Assembly: GCF_002571385.2 (NCBI RefSeq)
Contig: NW_019217874.1
Coordinates: 106,909 to 170,908 of the forward strand
Length of the DNA: 64,000 nucleotides
Origin: Stylophora pistillata
Taxonomy: Eukaryota
Direction of reading: 5' to 3'
Shown here in pieces: positions 37,691 through 48,400 of the stretch. A program made the translations under genes and the position numbers. How positions within the stretch are numbered: the first letter of the stretch is position 1; the number at the start of each line of letters is the position of its first letter. Below the pieces are notes generated by a model. That model was not told the DNA's origin and made no database searches. It saw nothing but the letters and a program-made list of their open reading frames with translations.

Positions 37691-38503
37691 GTTTGTGTTG
37701 TACCACAATGCACTGCAATCGGAGTGCGAACACTGCCTGTTACACGGAGATTTGTGTGCGGACATTATCTACAACAAGATCCGAGCAGTAATACGAGAGA
37801 GCGAAGCTCGGGGAGACTCGTGAGCTTCGAGGAACAGATAATGTCCAAGGAGTAAAATATACGATATCTGACCTTACGTGAAGTATATCCGATCCAAGGG
37901 ATGTTTGCATTTTTTTGTACGCCTGCTCATCATTCTTTTTCAAGTTCTTTAAAAGAACCGTTCATGAAGGACCATTAACTGAATATCATTTCAATATTTT
38001 CACAGTGGATGAAACTCGCTTTCAAAAAAAGTCCAACAGTGGATTTAACGTGAATAAATTATTTAATAAAGTTACACAAGTGTATTTGGGCTTTAGAGTA
38101 CGAGCGTTATTTGTTTATTGAGTTTGAAATGATCTATCATAAAACTCCTGGTTCTACGCAGTCTTTGAACACTGGAATTGAAAAAAAAAATTGAAACGAA
38201 AAGTTTTGACTATTTAGTTACGACTCAAGGACTCCAAAACTCAAAGTCCTTTGTTCTCCTGAAATACTGAACCTTTACAAACAGTTGAAATTAATGAAGC
38301 GCCCGCTCACCTGACAATTTACAACGGCGTTTTTATTTTTACTTTAATCGTACAACTAATTATGTCCCTATTATTGAATAACACTTTCAACATGTCCCAC
38401 ACTGTTTTTTCTTCTATTGTTAATACTTATGAAGTGAAAAGTATATTAGCTCCTGCGGGAGAGCTGTGATTCCCTCAAGAACTAAATATCTGCGGACAAA
38501 CAT

Positions 38504-39187
38504 TTAGTCGCCGTTGAATAACGTAGCGAAAACAATCCCTGTTGCGAACAACGAATTCGTGCCAAATGTTGCCATCGCAAAGTTATCTGTCCTCGGATTC
38601 CAAACACACTGGCTAGAAATTTCAATTCCTCGGTCTCGATTAGCACCGATGTAAACCAGAGCTGTAATCTTGTATTGAGTATCACAAAGAGATTTAACAC
38701 CTTTCTCTATTGATTGGCTTATAGTTCTACACTTGCTGCCACAGATTTCGTGATTGTATTCCGTACTTTCAAGGTGCGCAGACAAACTCTGGCGAATTAT
38801 CTCCTGCATTCTCGAGTTTAAATCCTTACGATCCAAACCGTTTGTTTTGTGATATTCTTTGCCAGTCCTTGGCTGTTTACTGACGTTTTCCGCATGGTTG
38901 CCTGAAGTCATGATTTCTCTGTCGTATTCCTTATATGAACTGGCTTGTAACTTGAATGAAAGCACATTTTCAGAGGCACTAAGAGTTTTCCTTTGTAAAG
39001 GTGGGGTTTTGCTCACCCCGAAATCTTTGCCTGTCGTGAGTGAAGCCCCAGAGACTGCCTTCAATAACTCACTTTCGCTGTTTACCGACAGAGCTTTTCG
39101 CAGCTTTGGTCTGCCAACAGACCTACTCAAAGCCAGACTTCTTAATCTTGCCGCTGGACTTCTTACCCCGGTCTTGTTGCTCATCAT
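38504..39187 (-). CDS. Tctex-1 domain-containing protein (locus 4), single coding exon, ~227 aa
   Basis: 'MQEIIRQSLSAHLESTEYNHEICGSKCRTISQSIEKGVKSLCDTQYKITALVYIGANRDRGIEISSQCVWNPRTDNFAMATFGTNSLFATGIVFATLF' is a Tctex-1 domain. The ORF-track start at 39205 is TTG; the first ATG is at 39187. Confidence 0.9.
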   Translation of the reverse strand: MMSNKTGVRSPAARLRSLALSRSVGRPKLRKALSVNSESELLKAVSGASLTTGKDFGVSKTPPLQRKTLSASENVLSFKLQASSYKEYDREIMTSGNHAENVSKQPRTGKEYHKTNGLDRKDLNSRMQEIIRQSLSAHLESTEYNHEICGSKCRTISQSIEKGVKSLCDTQYKITALVYIGANRDRGIEISSQCVWNPRTDNFAMATFGTNSLFATGIVFATLFNGD

Positions 39188-40652
39188 CCAAAGATTTCCC
39201 TCCAATTAGAGACGTGATGAAACAAAGCGAAAACTTACACGATTTTGCGAGCTTCGAATACCGACATCAGTCTTTTAATTAGCTCGTAACATGTTTCCTT
39301 TTAGGTTTCCGCTAGAGCGTTATACATTAACCTCGTGACAACCGCGGAGAATTTGATTGACAATCTCGGACTCTTAAAGAGCAATATAATTACCTGATGA
39401 CGAAGCTAAACATCTTGTACATTTTTTTAAGGATTTTATAAACGTCTGGGTCAAGGGTTTATAAATATAGTTCTTAGAACTTGAAAACGTAGGTACGGAA
39501 GGTCAGAAGTTCAAAGAAATTGTGGTTCATCATTTACATTTGTGGCTATGATAGGATTGTACGCTGTGTCTGGACCTGCTTACAAGTAACTTGTCACGTT
39601 ATCATTTAATTAGTACATTGGTTATGGTCGTTATGAATCACGATGATATTTGTGACCGACAAAAACATTAATGAAAAATCTAAAGTTTGGAGAGAGAGTT
39701 AAGGATTTTGAGTTTCAACAAAATCAATGATTTCTCTATTCAGTTATTTGGAAGTTGTGAGAATCCATTTGAAAAATCTCTCCCGCCTGTTTTTACAGTA
39801 CATATCAATTATGTCTGTAACAACCTCAGTGACGAACTCGGATTTTGGACAGTGAAGAATCTGTAATAACTAACATTTGTGAGATTTCATCCCCACTCTG
39901 CCCCAGAGACTTATTGCTGTTAGTCTACCGTGTGACTATAAGAGACCTGAGTCCCAGGATGGCTGACGGCTGTGTGGAGTTGCGTTCGAGAGTTCAATTC
40001 GCCTCCAAAACTCAACTGATTGTTCGATGTGAAAAAACTATGCTAGTTCGATGAACGAGTTTCTTGAAGCGCGACAAAAATTACAAATTTTTATACTTAT
40101 TTGGCGTTATGAAACAAGACATGGGCATAATGTTTAATTCGTGTAAGTTGAAAGCTTCTCACCATGATTATTTTCATTTGAAATTACTTATTTCAATAAA
40201 AGAGTCAACAACTTAAGCGTTTTAGTCAATAATTTATATTGTTTAATATATTTCAGTTCCTGACAAAGGAAAACAGAAAAATTACCAAAATGTCATCACA
40301 CGAACACCGTTCGGAGAAACAAAATTTGTCTTGATTCAGTAAAAAGAACAATTCAGTAATGAAATCAAAACCATCTTTGTTATTTAAATTGTACCTTCGT
40401 TCACCGAAACTTGAAAGCAAGGGCCTAATTTCCATATGATAATTCTAATTTTTTTTTAAGACCAGCATGAAGATAATTTTTTAAAAGGGTAATATCTGAG
40501 AAGAACACTTACTACCTCTTTATTTCCTTTGGCTTGAGACCTCGGCACGTTTAGATATAGAGTCATCAGGATCCTGATCACATGCTGTCTAAAGCATTCA
40601 TTCATTCAGCCTGGCTACTAAAAGAGTGTTCCTCCACCTTCCAAATGTCTCT

Positions 40653-41168
40653 TCACTCTTTTAAAACTCCGAAAACGATTGCTACAGCGAATAAAGACGC
40701 ATTTTGAAAAGATGAAGTCGAAAAATTATCTCTGCAATCATTCCAAAGGAACCGACTAGCCATCAAAATACCTTGGCCACAGTTAGATCCTATACTAACA
40801 CTACATATCAAACGGAATCTCTCCATTCCTAGATTCTTTACTCGGCTTTTGATATCCTCTGACAAACTAACACAAAGCACCCTACAAATATTGGCGTCAT
40901 ATGATTGAGTGGATAGTTTCTCTTCCAAAATTTCGTCCATTATTTTCTTGATTTCGTGTGCGTAAAACACGCTTTGTCTCCGTCGTCCTTCGACTTTATT
41001 CGTCGAATCGTGCTGTTGTGTTTTCTTTCCAAGGTGTTCCTCTAAATCTCCTGTCTCGTCTATGTGAGGTGTTCTCTGTTCTGTTGCAGGGTTTTTCGCA
41101 GAATCCTCACTTCGCAAGCTTTTCTCAAATATCCCAAAGTGCTGACCACGAAATCTAACTCTTTCCAT
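40653..41168 (-). CDS. Tctex-1 domain-containing protein (locus 5), single coding exon, 171 aa
   Basis: 'FYAHEIKKIMDEILEEKLSTQSYDANICRVLCVSLSEDIKSRVKNLGMERFRLICSVSIGSNCGQGILMASRFLWNDCRDNFSTSSFQNASLFAVAIVFGVLKE' is a canonical Tctex-1 domain. An in-frame TGA lies just upstream of the ATG. Confidence 0.93.
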   Translation of the reverse strand: MERVRFRGQHFGIFEKSLRSEDSAKNPATEQRTPHIDETGDLEEHLGKKTQQHDSTNKVEGRRRQSVFYAHEIKKIMDEILEEKLSTQSYDANICRVLCVSLSEDIKSRVKNLGMERFRLICSVSIGSNCGQGILMASRFLWNDCRDNFSTSSFQNASLFAVAIVFGVLKE

Positions 41169-41458
41169 TGTCGAGCTTCAAATATAAAATCAGCTTGCGA
41201 ATTTATCCTTAGTCCTTCGTCAAAGAATCAGTTCAATTTCAAACAAGCTTCCCTTTATAAAGTGAAACTTCGCAGAGATCTCCTCTGATTTTCTCTCTCG
41301 AAGAAAAATTAGTCTTACCCTTCGTTTCAGGATGGGAGCCTGAAATTCGTAAACTGAGATTGGTTTTTTGCTTTTTTTAACACCAAATCACAGCGGGTGA
41401 TCGAAATGATCCATACATAACATGAAAGGTCTTCATGGCAGATGTTTCCTGTTAGTCC

Positions 41459-41472
41459 ATCTCCATGGAAAC
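41459..41472. promoter_or_regulatory. RFX X-box motif upstream of Tctex-1 locus 5
   Basis: ATCTCCATGGAAAC fits the X-box pattern RTHNYYWTRRNRAC, ~290 bp upstream of the ATG. Confidence 0.6.
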
Positions 41473-42262
41473 AACCTTTTGTTATTGAAACAGAAAGAGC
41501 TGGAGTACATGCTGTCTTTAGCAAGCTTTTACAAATATTTCACTTATTACACACAGTGATATCCTTTCACTTGAAGTTGGCCAAGAAGTCGGCGTTTTTC
41601 TCACAAATTTCATCTACGTCCGGTCCGGAAAACTTTGAATAAAAATAAATCAGTTTCCTGTGTTGTAGTGCTTTGAGGGATTTGTATTTTTTTAACAACA
41701 CTACAGCTAGGCTGTCTATAATAAATGTAAAGTGACAAGGCAAAGAAATATTTACCAAAGAAAAATGCTGTTTTTCTTTCCTTTTTTAGGGTAGGGGAGG
41801 GCAACTTAAGATATTTAAATAACTAATTTAAATCATATTTATTTCTTTAAATTACTATTTATTGCTGTAATGGGGTCGACCATCGTAACCTATGAACAAA
41901 ATCAATCAATCGATTTTTTCAAAGCTGCCACTTGTAACTGGACTTGAGAAAAAAATTCAGAAATTTCCTTGCATGACGTAATAAGCTATAAGCCGGAAAA
42001 ATGCATATAATAGATATATCTCATCAGACGTTTTTGTGTGTAGTATCGCTGAGCACGTTTTGTGCTATATGGCGACTTAAATTGCAAACAATGAGTAAAA
42101 AGTAGTAGTAGCTAACTACCGTTCAGCAGTGGGGTGAAAAAGGAACGGGCCTGAAAGTAGGGTCTTGGATGTCCTTAGCGCAGGTTTTCTCGGACTTCTC
42201 AAAATCTCAACCTCATGCCCAGTCTACCAGAAAACTACCCACAACTCTTCGCGCACTATCTG

Positions 42263-42300
42263 GCGCATGCGAGGTACACGTACTACGCGTGATGACGTCA
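42263..42300. promoter_or_regulatory. RAD23 proximal promoter: NRF1-like site and palindromic CRE
   Basis: GCGCATGCG at 42263-42271 and TGACGTCA at 42293-42300, in a CpG-rich patch 140-175 bp upstream of the ATG. Confidence 0.55.
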
Positions 42301-42437
42301 TATGGCTGGTTCTTTCTAAGAATTACACGCTACAAATGCTTGTGGTGCAGTATCCCAAATTTCTTTGATTTCCTTGCTTTCAACCGTGGTATTTTATTGT
42401 CGTGGATCTAAATCTGACTACGGATTAGAGAAGAACC

Positions 42438-45400
42438 ATGCAGATAACGTTTAAAACTCTTCAACAACAAACTTTCAAGCTCGAAATAGACGAGTCTGCA
42501 ACGGTACGTTTGACAGTCTGAGCGATCACGAGCATGTCTCGATCTTTCAGTTAATTTTTTAAATCTTTACATTGATAATCACATTTTTCTATCTTTTCTC
42601 GATTTTTTTTTTTTTTTGTATTTGTTACAGTGTTTTTACTTATTTACTTTATCCTGTCTTTCAGTGCACTCGGTTTCTCGAATATTACTCTAGTTTTTGA
42701 AATATCGAATTAGCACTCGACATTTTCTGAACCTCTTAGTCAAAAGTGTCCTCACATTTTCTTGTCCAAGTACCGTTCAAGTTAAGTATGAAGAGTTTCT
42801 GCTCTAAAAGTAGGCTTTTTTCCTCATAACACTTGTGATTAGTAAGCAATCGGTAACAGAAATTTGTTTCCTAAAAATCCTTTCACCTGCTCATATAAAT
42901 AGCAGTGGCATAAAATCAAAGAATTTTCAACTTCCTGCCAGAAAATGAATGGAAAGTGGCTGCCAGTTTATTGCTTAGATTTTATAACTTATATATTGTG
43001 CAGTTTCCTATGGATTTATTTTATTTTTCATACTTTTGTCTGATGTTTCATGCCCTTGTAATAACTTAATTATCACCAAAATATATATACTTTGTCATCT
43101 AATCATATTAAAGTCATTAACTAGACAATCCTTCATTATCTGCTATGACAATAACAGATATCTTTGAATCTTCTTCATCTGTTCTGTGATAAATGAAGGG
43201 AATATTCAGAGAAACAGTCAGGCATGTGATACAGCGTGTAACTTTGTTTACAATTTGTGAAGGTCACAGTACTGTTTGTCAGTTCACCATGTTCTTAACT
43301 CTTTACCCCTTTAAAGGATAAGCTTTTAATTTCTCTTAACACCGTTGTCACTGAGTCAAACATTTCAGTCACAAGATTAAAGGAAATGATCACCAACTAA
43401 AGTAGCTCTTGATTGTTAAACAAATTCTCCTAGTCAGCTCCTTAGGAATTGTGTATAGAACAGTTTGGAAAATATGCACAATGATGTTAGGATGTACAGT
43501 ATAGGGTTAATGTAAGCACAGTTCATTGAACACCCAGAAAGAAATGGAATCAAACAATAGTAGTTTTACCCAGGCCTGGAAGTCATGAGAATTTGGTGTG
43601 GATCATTGTGAGGTATAATTATGATACAAATTTCTGAATCAAAGGTCAACCAACTCACAAGGAAAAAATAAAAAGACTCTATAGTTCTGTTAATGGTCAT
43701 GCTTTGTAATGACATCTAGTTGGTACTTTTCTTTTCTGATAAATGAATACTAACTTACTGAAGAAAAGCAAAGAAAGAAGTCTTTTCATTGCCTGATTAT
43801 TTTCATATAATTATGATACAATTTCGGAATCAAAGATCAACTTACAAGGAAAAAATAAAAAGGCATTGTAGTTCTGTTAATGGTCATGCTTTGTAATGAC
43901 ATCTAGTTGATACTTTTCTTTTCTGATAAATGAATACTAACTTACTGAAGAAAAGCAAAGAAAGAAGTCTTTTCACTGCCTGATTATTTTCAGATAATTA
44001 TGATACAATTTCGGAATCAAAGCTCAACTTACAAGGAAAAAATAAAAAGGCATTGTAGTTCTGTTAATGGTCATGCTTTGTAATGACATCTAGTTGATAC
44101 TTTTCTTTTCTGATACATAAATACTAACTTAATTGAGACTTTAAGGTTTATTCTTAGTTTCAGACAGTTTAGTTCCTGAGTTCACACATGACAGTCTTTT
44201 GAACAGTACATTGTACAATTTGTTTATCTCTCAGTCAACACTCTGTGCACAACAAGGTTAAATGTACTGCTATGCACTTTAGAATGTAGAACAATTATTT
44301 ACTTAGATTCATTCCTCTGAGAACACTGCACTCATCCATTAAATCTCTACTTGTAATACCAAGATGTAAACTTAAGATGTATGGTCAAACGGCTTTTTCA
44401 TATCTTGCCCCAGTATTATGGAATTCTCTTCCAGAGGATATGGGAAGGTGAAAGTCACTGACCACTTATAAATTTGATCTTGAGACTTTTCTTTTTTAAC
44501 ATTTTTTAGTTGATACATGGATAATAATATGTTATATATAATTTTTAATAATGTGACATAGATCTTTCTTTTAATTATATTTTTAATTGATATTCTATTC
44601 TTAATTATTTTACAATTCAACTTTCAATATTTTTAAAATGCATAATATTTATAGTAGAGTCAACTTCGACATTGTTGTCATATCTGGCCCTCTGGCAGGG
44701 TGTGGGAAAAAAATGAAAATTGTGCACTTTTTCAGAGGCAAATTGTGCGGGAGAAAAAGTTAATTGTGCGGGTTATTGTGCAGGATTGCGTAATCTTGCA
44801 TCGAACAAAATATTTCATATTCCACTCCCTGTTGATGTAAACATCGGGTTCCCATAAATCATACCTTTTCAAGTAATATCAATGTAAAATTCCTCCTGTA
44901 ATGGCTAAATGACTTCAAGATTTTACTTTGAATGATTTTTGTCTTATTGACTGAACTTTAGAACCTATTTTGAAGCAATTCTTTGTTTGTCAAAGCGATC
45001 AAAAGAGCTAAACGAAAACACGCGAGGAGATCACCCCATAACTTGAGTTTGCCAGTAAAAGTAACCGTCGATGGAAGCCATGTTTTCTTATTCCACTACG
45101 ATTTACGAAAGTCTTAATATCTGACAACCCATTCGTTCTGTAAATTCCAAGAATAAACATTCCTTTTTTCACTTTGAATGAGAAAGCCACAACACCAGCG
45201 GCCTTATTCAACAACACCTCTGATTTGTTATTTGAAAAGCATAGGCACAAACCGCAAATGAAAAATAGATTTAGAAGTAGACTAGTGCCCAGGAAAGCGC
45301 AGTCTACGGTAAAAACGCCTTGTTATTTGAATAACGCAATTGACGAGTTGTTTGATGAAAGCGTGGAAATGCTAGAGTGTTTTTGAAGGTAAATAGTCTG

Positions 45401-48400
45401 AAAATAGTCTAGAATATTCTAGAAATCTTGATACTCCACAGAAATACCGGTTTTGATTCAAATTTGAAATAAAAATTTCCCTATTGTGCGGGATTTTGCG
45501 AATTTTCACGGATTGTGCCGGATTGGGCGGGTTTGACGGAATTGTGCGGTTCCGCACTCGCGCACCCTGTCAGAAGGCCTGTCATATAGAAATTTATCTA
45601 ACAATCTTTTTTATTTCAGGTAGCAGATCTCAAAAACAAACTAGAAACTGAGAAAGGAAAGGATGCTTACCCCAAGGCCTGTATCAGACTTATTTATGCT
45701 GGTAAGGAATTTTGGTTGTGATTATTATAACTTCTATTTGATACTTTCATGTTGAAATAACAACTTAATAACAGAGCATGTGGGCTGTACTGAGGACTAT
45801 TGGCTCAAGGTAGTGATAGCATGGAGCAAGCCTGTTTATTTTTAATTTACTTGCTTTTGCAAAATCAAAAATACACAGTTTATCACCATTTTCATGGAAA
45901 GCATCTGTATGGCAAAATACCTTGACCAAGTAAGAACCAATCAGAATGCTCAAATTTGCCTTGGGACTACCTTGTCATATAAAAATTAATAATGATTCAT
46001 TGAAGTGGAACTGGTTAGTGGTGGATGTTCATCTGTATTTTCCATATGAAAACAGTGATAAGCTGTGTATATTTGGTCATGAAAGCTGGAAAATCCCAAA
46101 TAAACAAGTTTGGACCAAATGTTGGATATACTGGTGGAGATAAGTGCTGTATACACTAAAACATTGAGATTATCTAGTACAAAAAGATAATTTTACCTAA
46201 TTTATTCCTACAACAACTACAATATTTTGGGGTTTAATATCATATGAGTTGCTGAGAGTTTGATAGAAAAGGATATTGCAGTTTGAGTGGCCAATTAAAG
46301 CACACCTTCAGTGTTGTCCACTCTTTTAGCATACATAAATAATAGTCAGGATCTACAAGTAGAATTACACATAATATACTAAAGTGGATCAATTGCTATC
46401 GATCATCAGGGATTGTGGTAAATTTATGGGCAAACAGTGATCTTACAGAAGTCAACTTGCACTTTCTATGTGAAAGTTAGAGCTTGCTTTAGTCGTAGAG
46501 CTACTTTAAAATACAATCTTACTGTGAATGTTGTAGCTGGTTAGGCTATTGTGCTTATCAGGTATTGCTAGGTACCTCAATTTTACCCTGCAAGCAGTTG
46601 ATTTCTCCTATGGGCAGAGGAGAAACCAAGTGCTTTCAGGGTAACCAATTAGTGAGTTTCCAAGAAAGATGTTGTATTAGTTCTCTAGGCAAGCAAAACA
46701 CTTTGTTTACTATCAATTAGAATTATCAGTAAGCACACCATGATTTATTGCTATGCGCAGGATGTTTGTTTTGTTTAAAAACAATTTTTAAACAAAACAA
46801 AACAGATGATCTTAATGGGATTTTGCATCTGAAAGTGTGGGAAAAGATTTTGTGTTTTGTTTGCCGTTATCATGAAAATTATGGTGGCACTGACCCACCA
46901 ACCCTTGTCAATTGTTACAAGAAACCTTGCTCATATCAGTACCACTATTTCCAAACAGTATGAGAACAGCAAACAATGAAATCAATAGCCGTATTCATCC
47001 GTGTATACATGTAAGTCGACCCTTTATGACTGAAAAATCAGCCCAGAAAATCACCCATGACTTATACACGGATCATAGACAAAGACGTGACCCAAGCAAT
47101 CCAAGAAATTGGCATAACAATTGCCCAAAGTCCGTTACGAAAACTGAGTTTACAAAACCAGTTCTAATTGTGTTCGAGTTTCGTCAGTTTTCAGGGCGTT
47201 CTTCATCGACAAAAAAGTTTGAAATAATAAATTTTACGTGGCTTAAACAAAAATCTAGTGGGGCTGATTTCCATTGTATCTTCTGATCAGTAGAGCAGAC
47301 ATTTTTCTTTATAGCTTTACTGCTGTTTTCAGTGCTGAATTCTCGTTTTCATCAAACGATTACAGTAGCTTAGTGACCTGGAAAATTCTGTTTTCTCACA
47401 TGAACGCGTGTAGTTTCCAAGATGGTGGTGTTTTCATCAAGCGCTCCTTTGAAGCTCTTCGGTGTTCCTTTGGTCTACTAAACCTCCTTTCAAAAGGTTA
47501 TTTAAATGGATGAAGATTTCATTTTCAAAGCGATGTACAAAATATGCTAAATTACTCCTCCAGTAAATCGAAGTGCTCGTATATGCTTAAATCATGAATC
47601 ATGGTGATGTAAACAAGTGCAACTAAACTTCACAGCACATGGTCACATTTTGCTCTGCAGTTTTTTTTTTTTTTAATTCACCTTGTTTCCAATACATTCT
47701 CAGAAATAAGAGATCTGCCATTTAGGAAATTTCTATTGGTCTGAATTTTTCTTTCCTAGAAATTATGAAAAATCCGACTTTTGACCTTGAAAATGGTGGG
47801 TTAACTTATACACGGGGTCGACTTGTACATGGGTAAATACAGTAATTGTAAGATTTTACATGGTCCTATTTTAAAGTAAGGCATATTCAGGAGCTAGACA
47901 GCCGAGACAAGTCGTATTAAATTTGATCTAAAACTATGATTGTGACAATATTGTGTGTATTGGTCCCCTTCAGCATACATACAGCCTTTATGTTTAGTTC
48001 ATTGAATTATCATATTCATTTTCAGGGAAAATATTAAATGATGACCAGCCAGTATCAGAATACAAAATTGAGGAAAAGAGTTTTGTTGTCATTATGGTAG
48101 CAAAGGTGAGCACCAGTCTCTTCTTTAGCATAACCACAAGGTGCTGTATTTTGTCGGCAGAGTTCTTGTATGCAGTTTGACTTATGTTGGAAGAGAATGA
48201 GTGATTTAAGTTATACAAAATGTGTTATACACTGTAGCGGTCAACATGCTTTGATAAAACGTTGTATTTGTATTTCCACTTGCATTTGTGCCTGTATTGT
48301 TGGCAAAAGCAGCAATACAAATGTGTGATATATTGGTTGTACATGTGGCTGTCAAGACTCATTTTTACCTTTGATATAATTGTTTTTGTACCCATTATTG

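Noticed and set aside
39188-39205. Non-AUG (TTG) start for Tctex locus 4
   Set aside because: In-frame ATGs lie six codons downstream, and there is no evidence for TTG initiation in this eukaryotic context.
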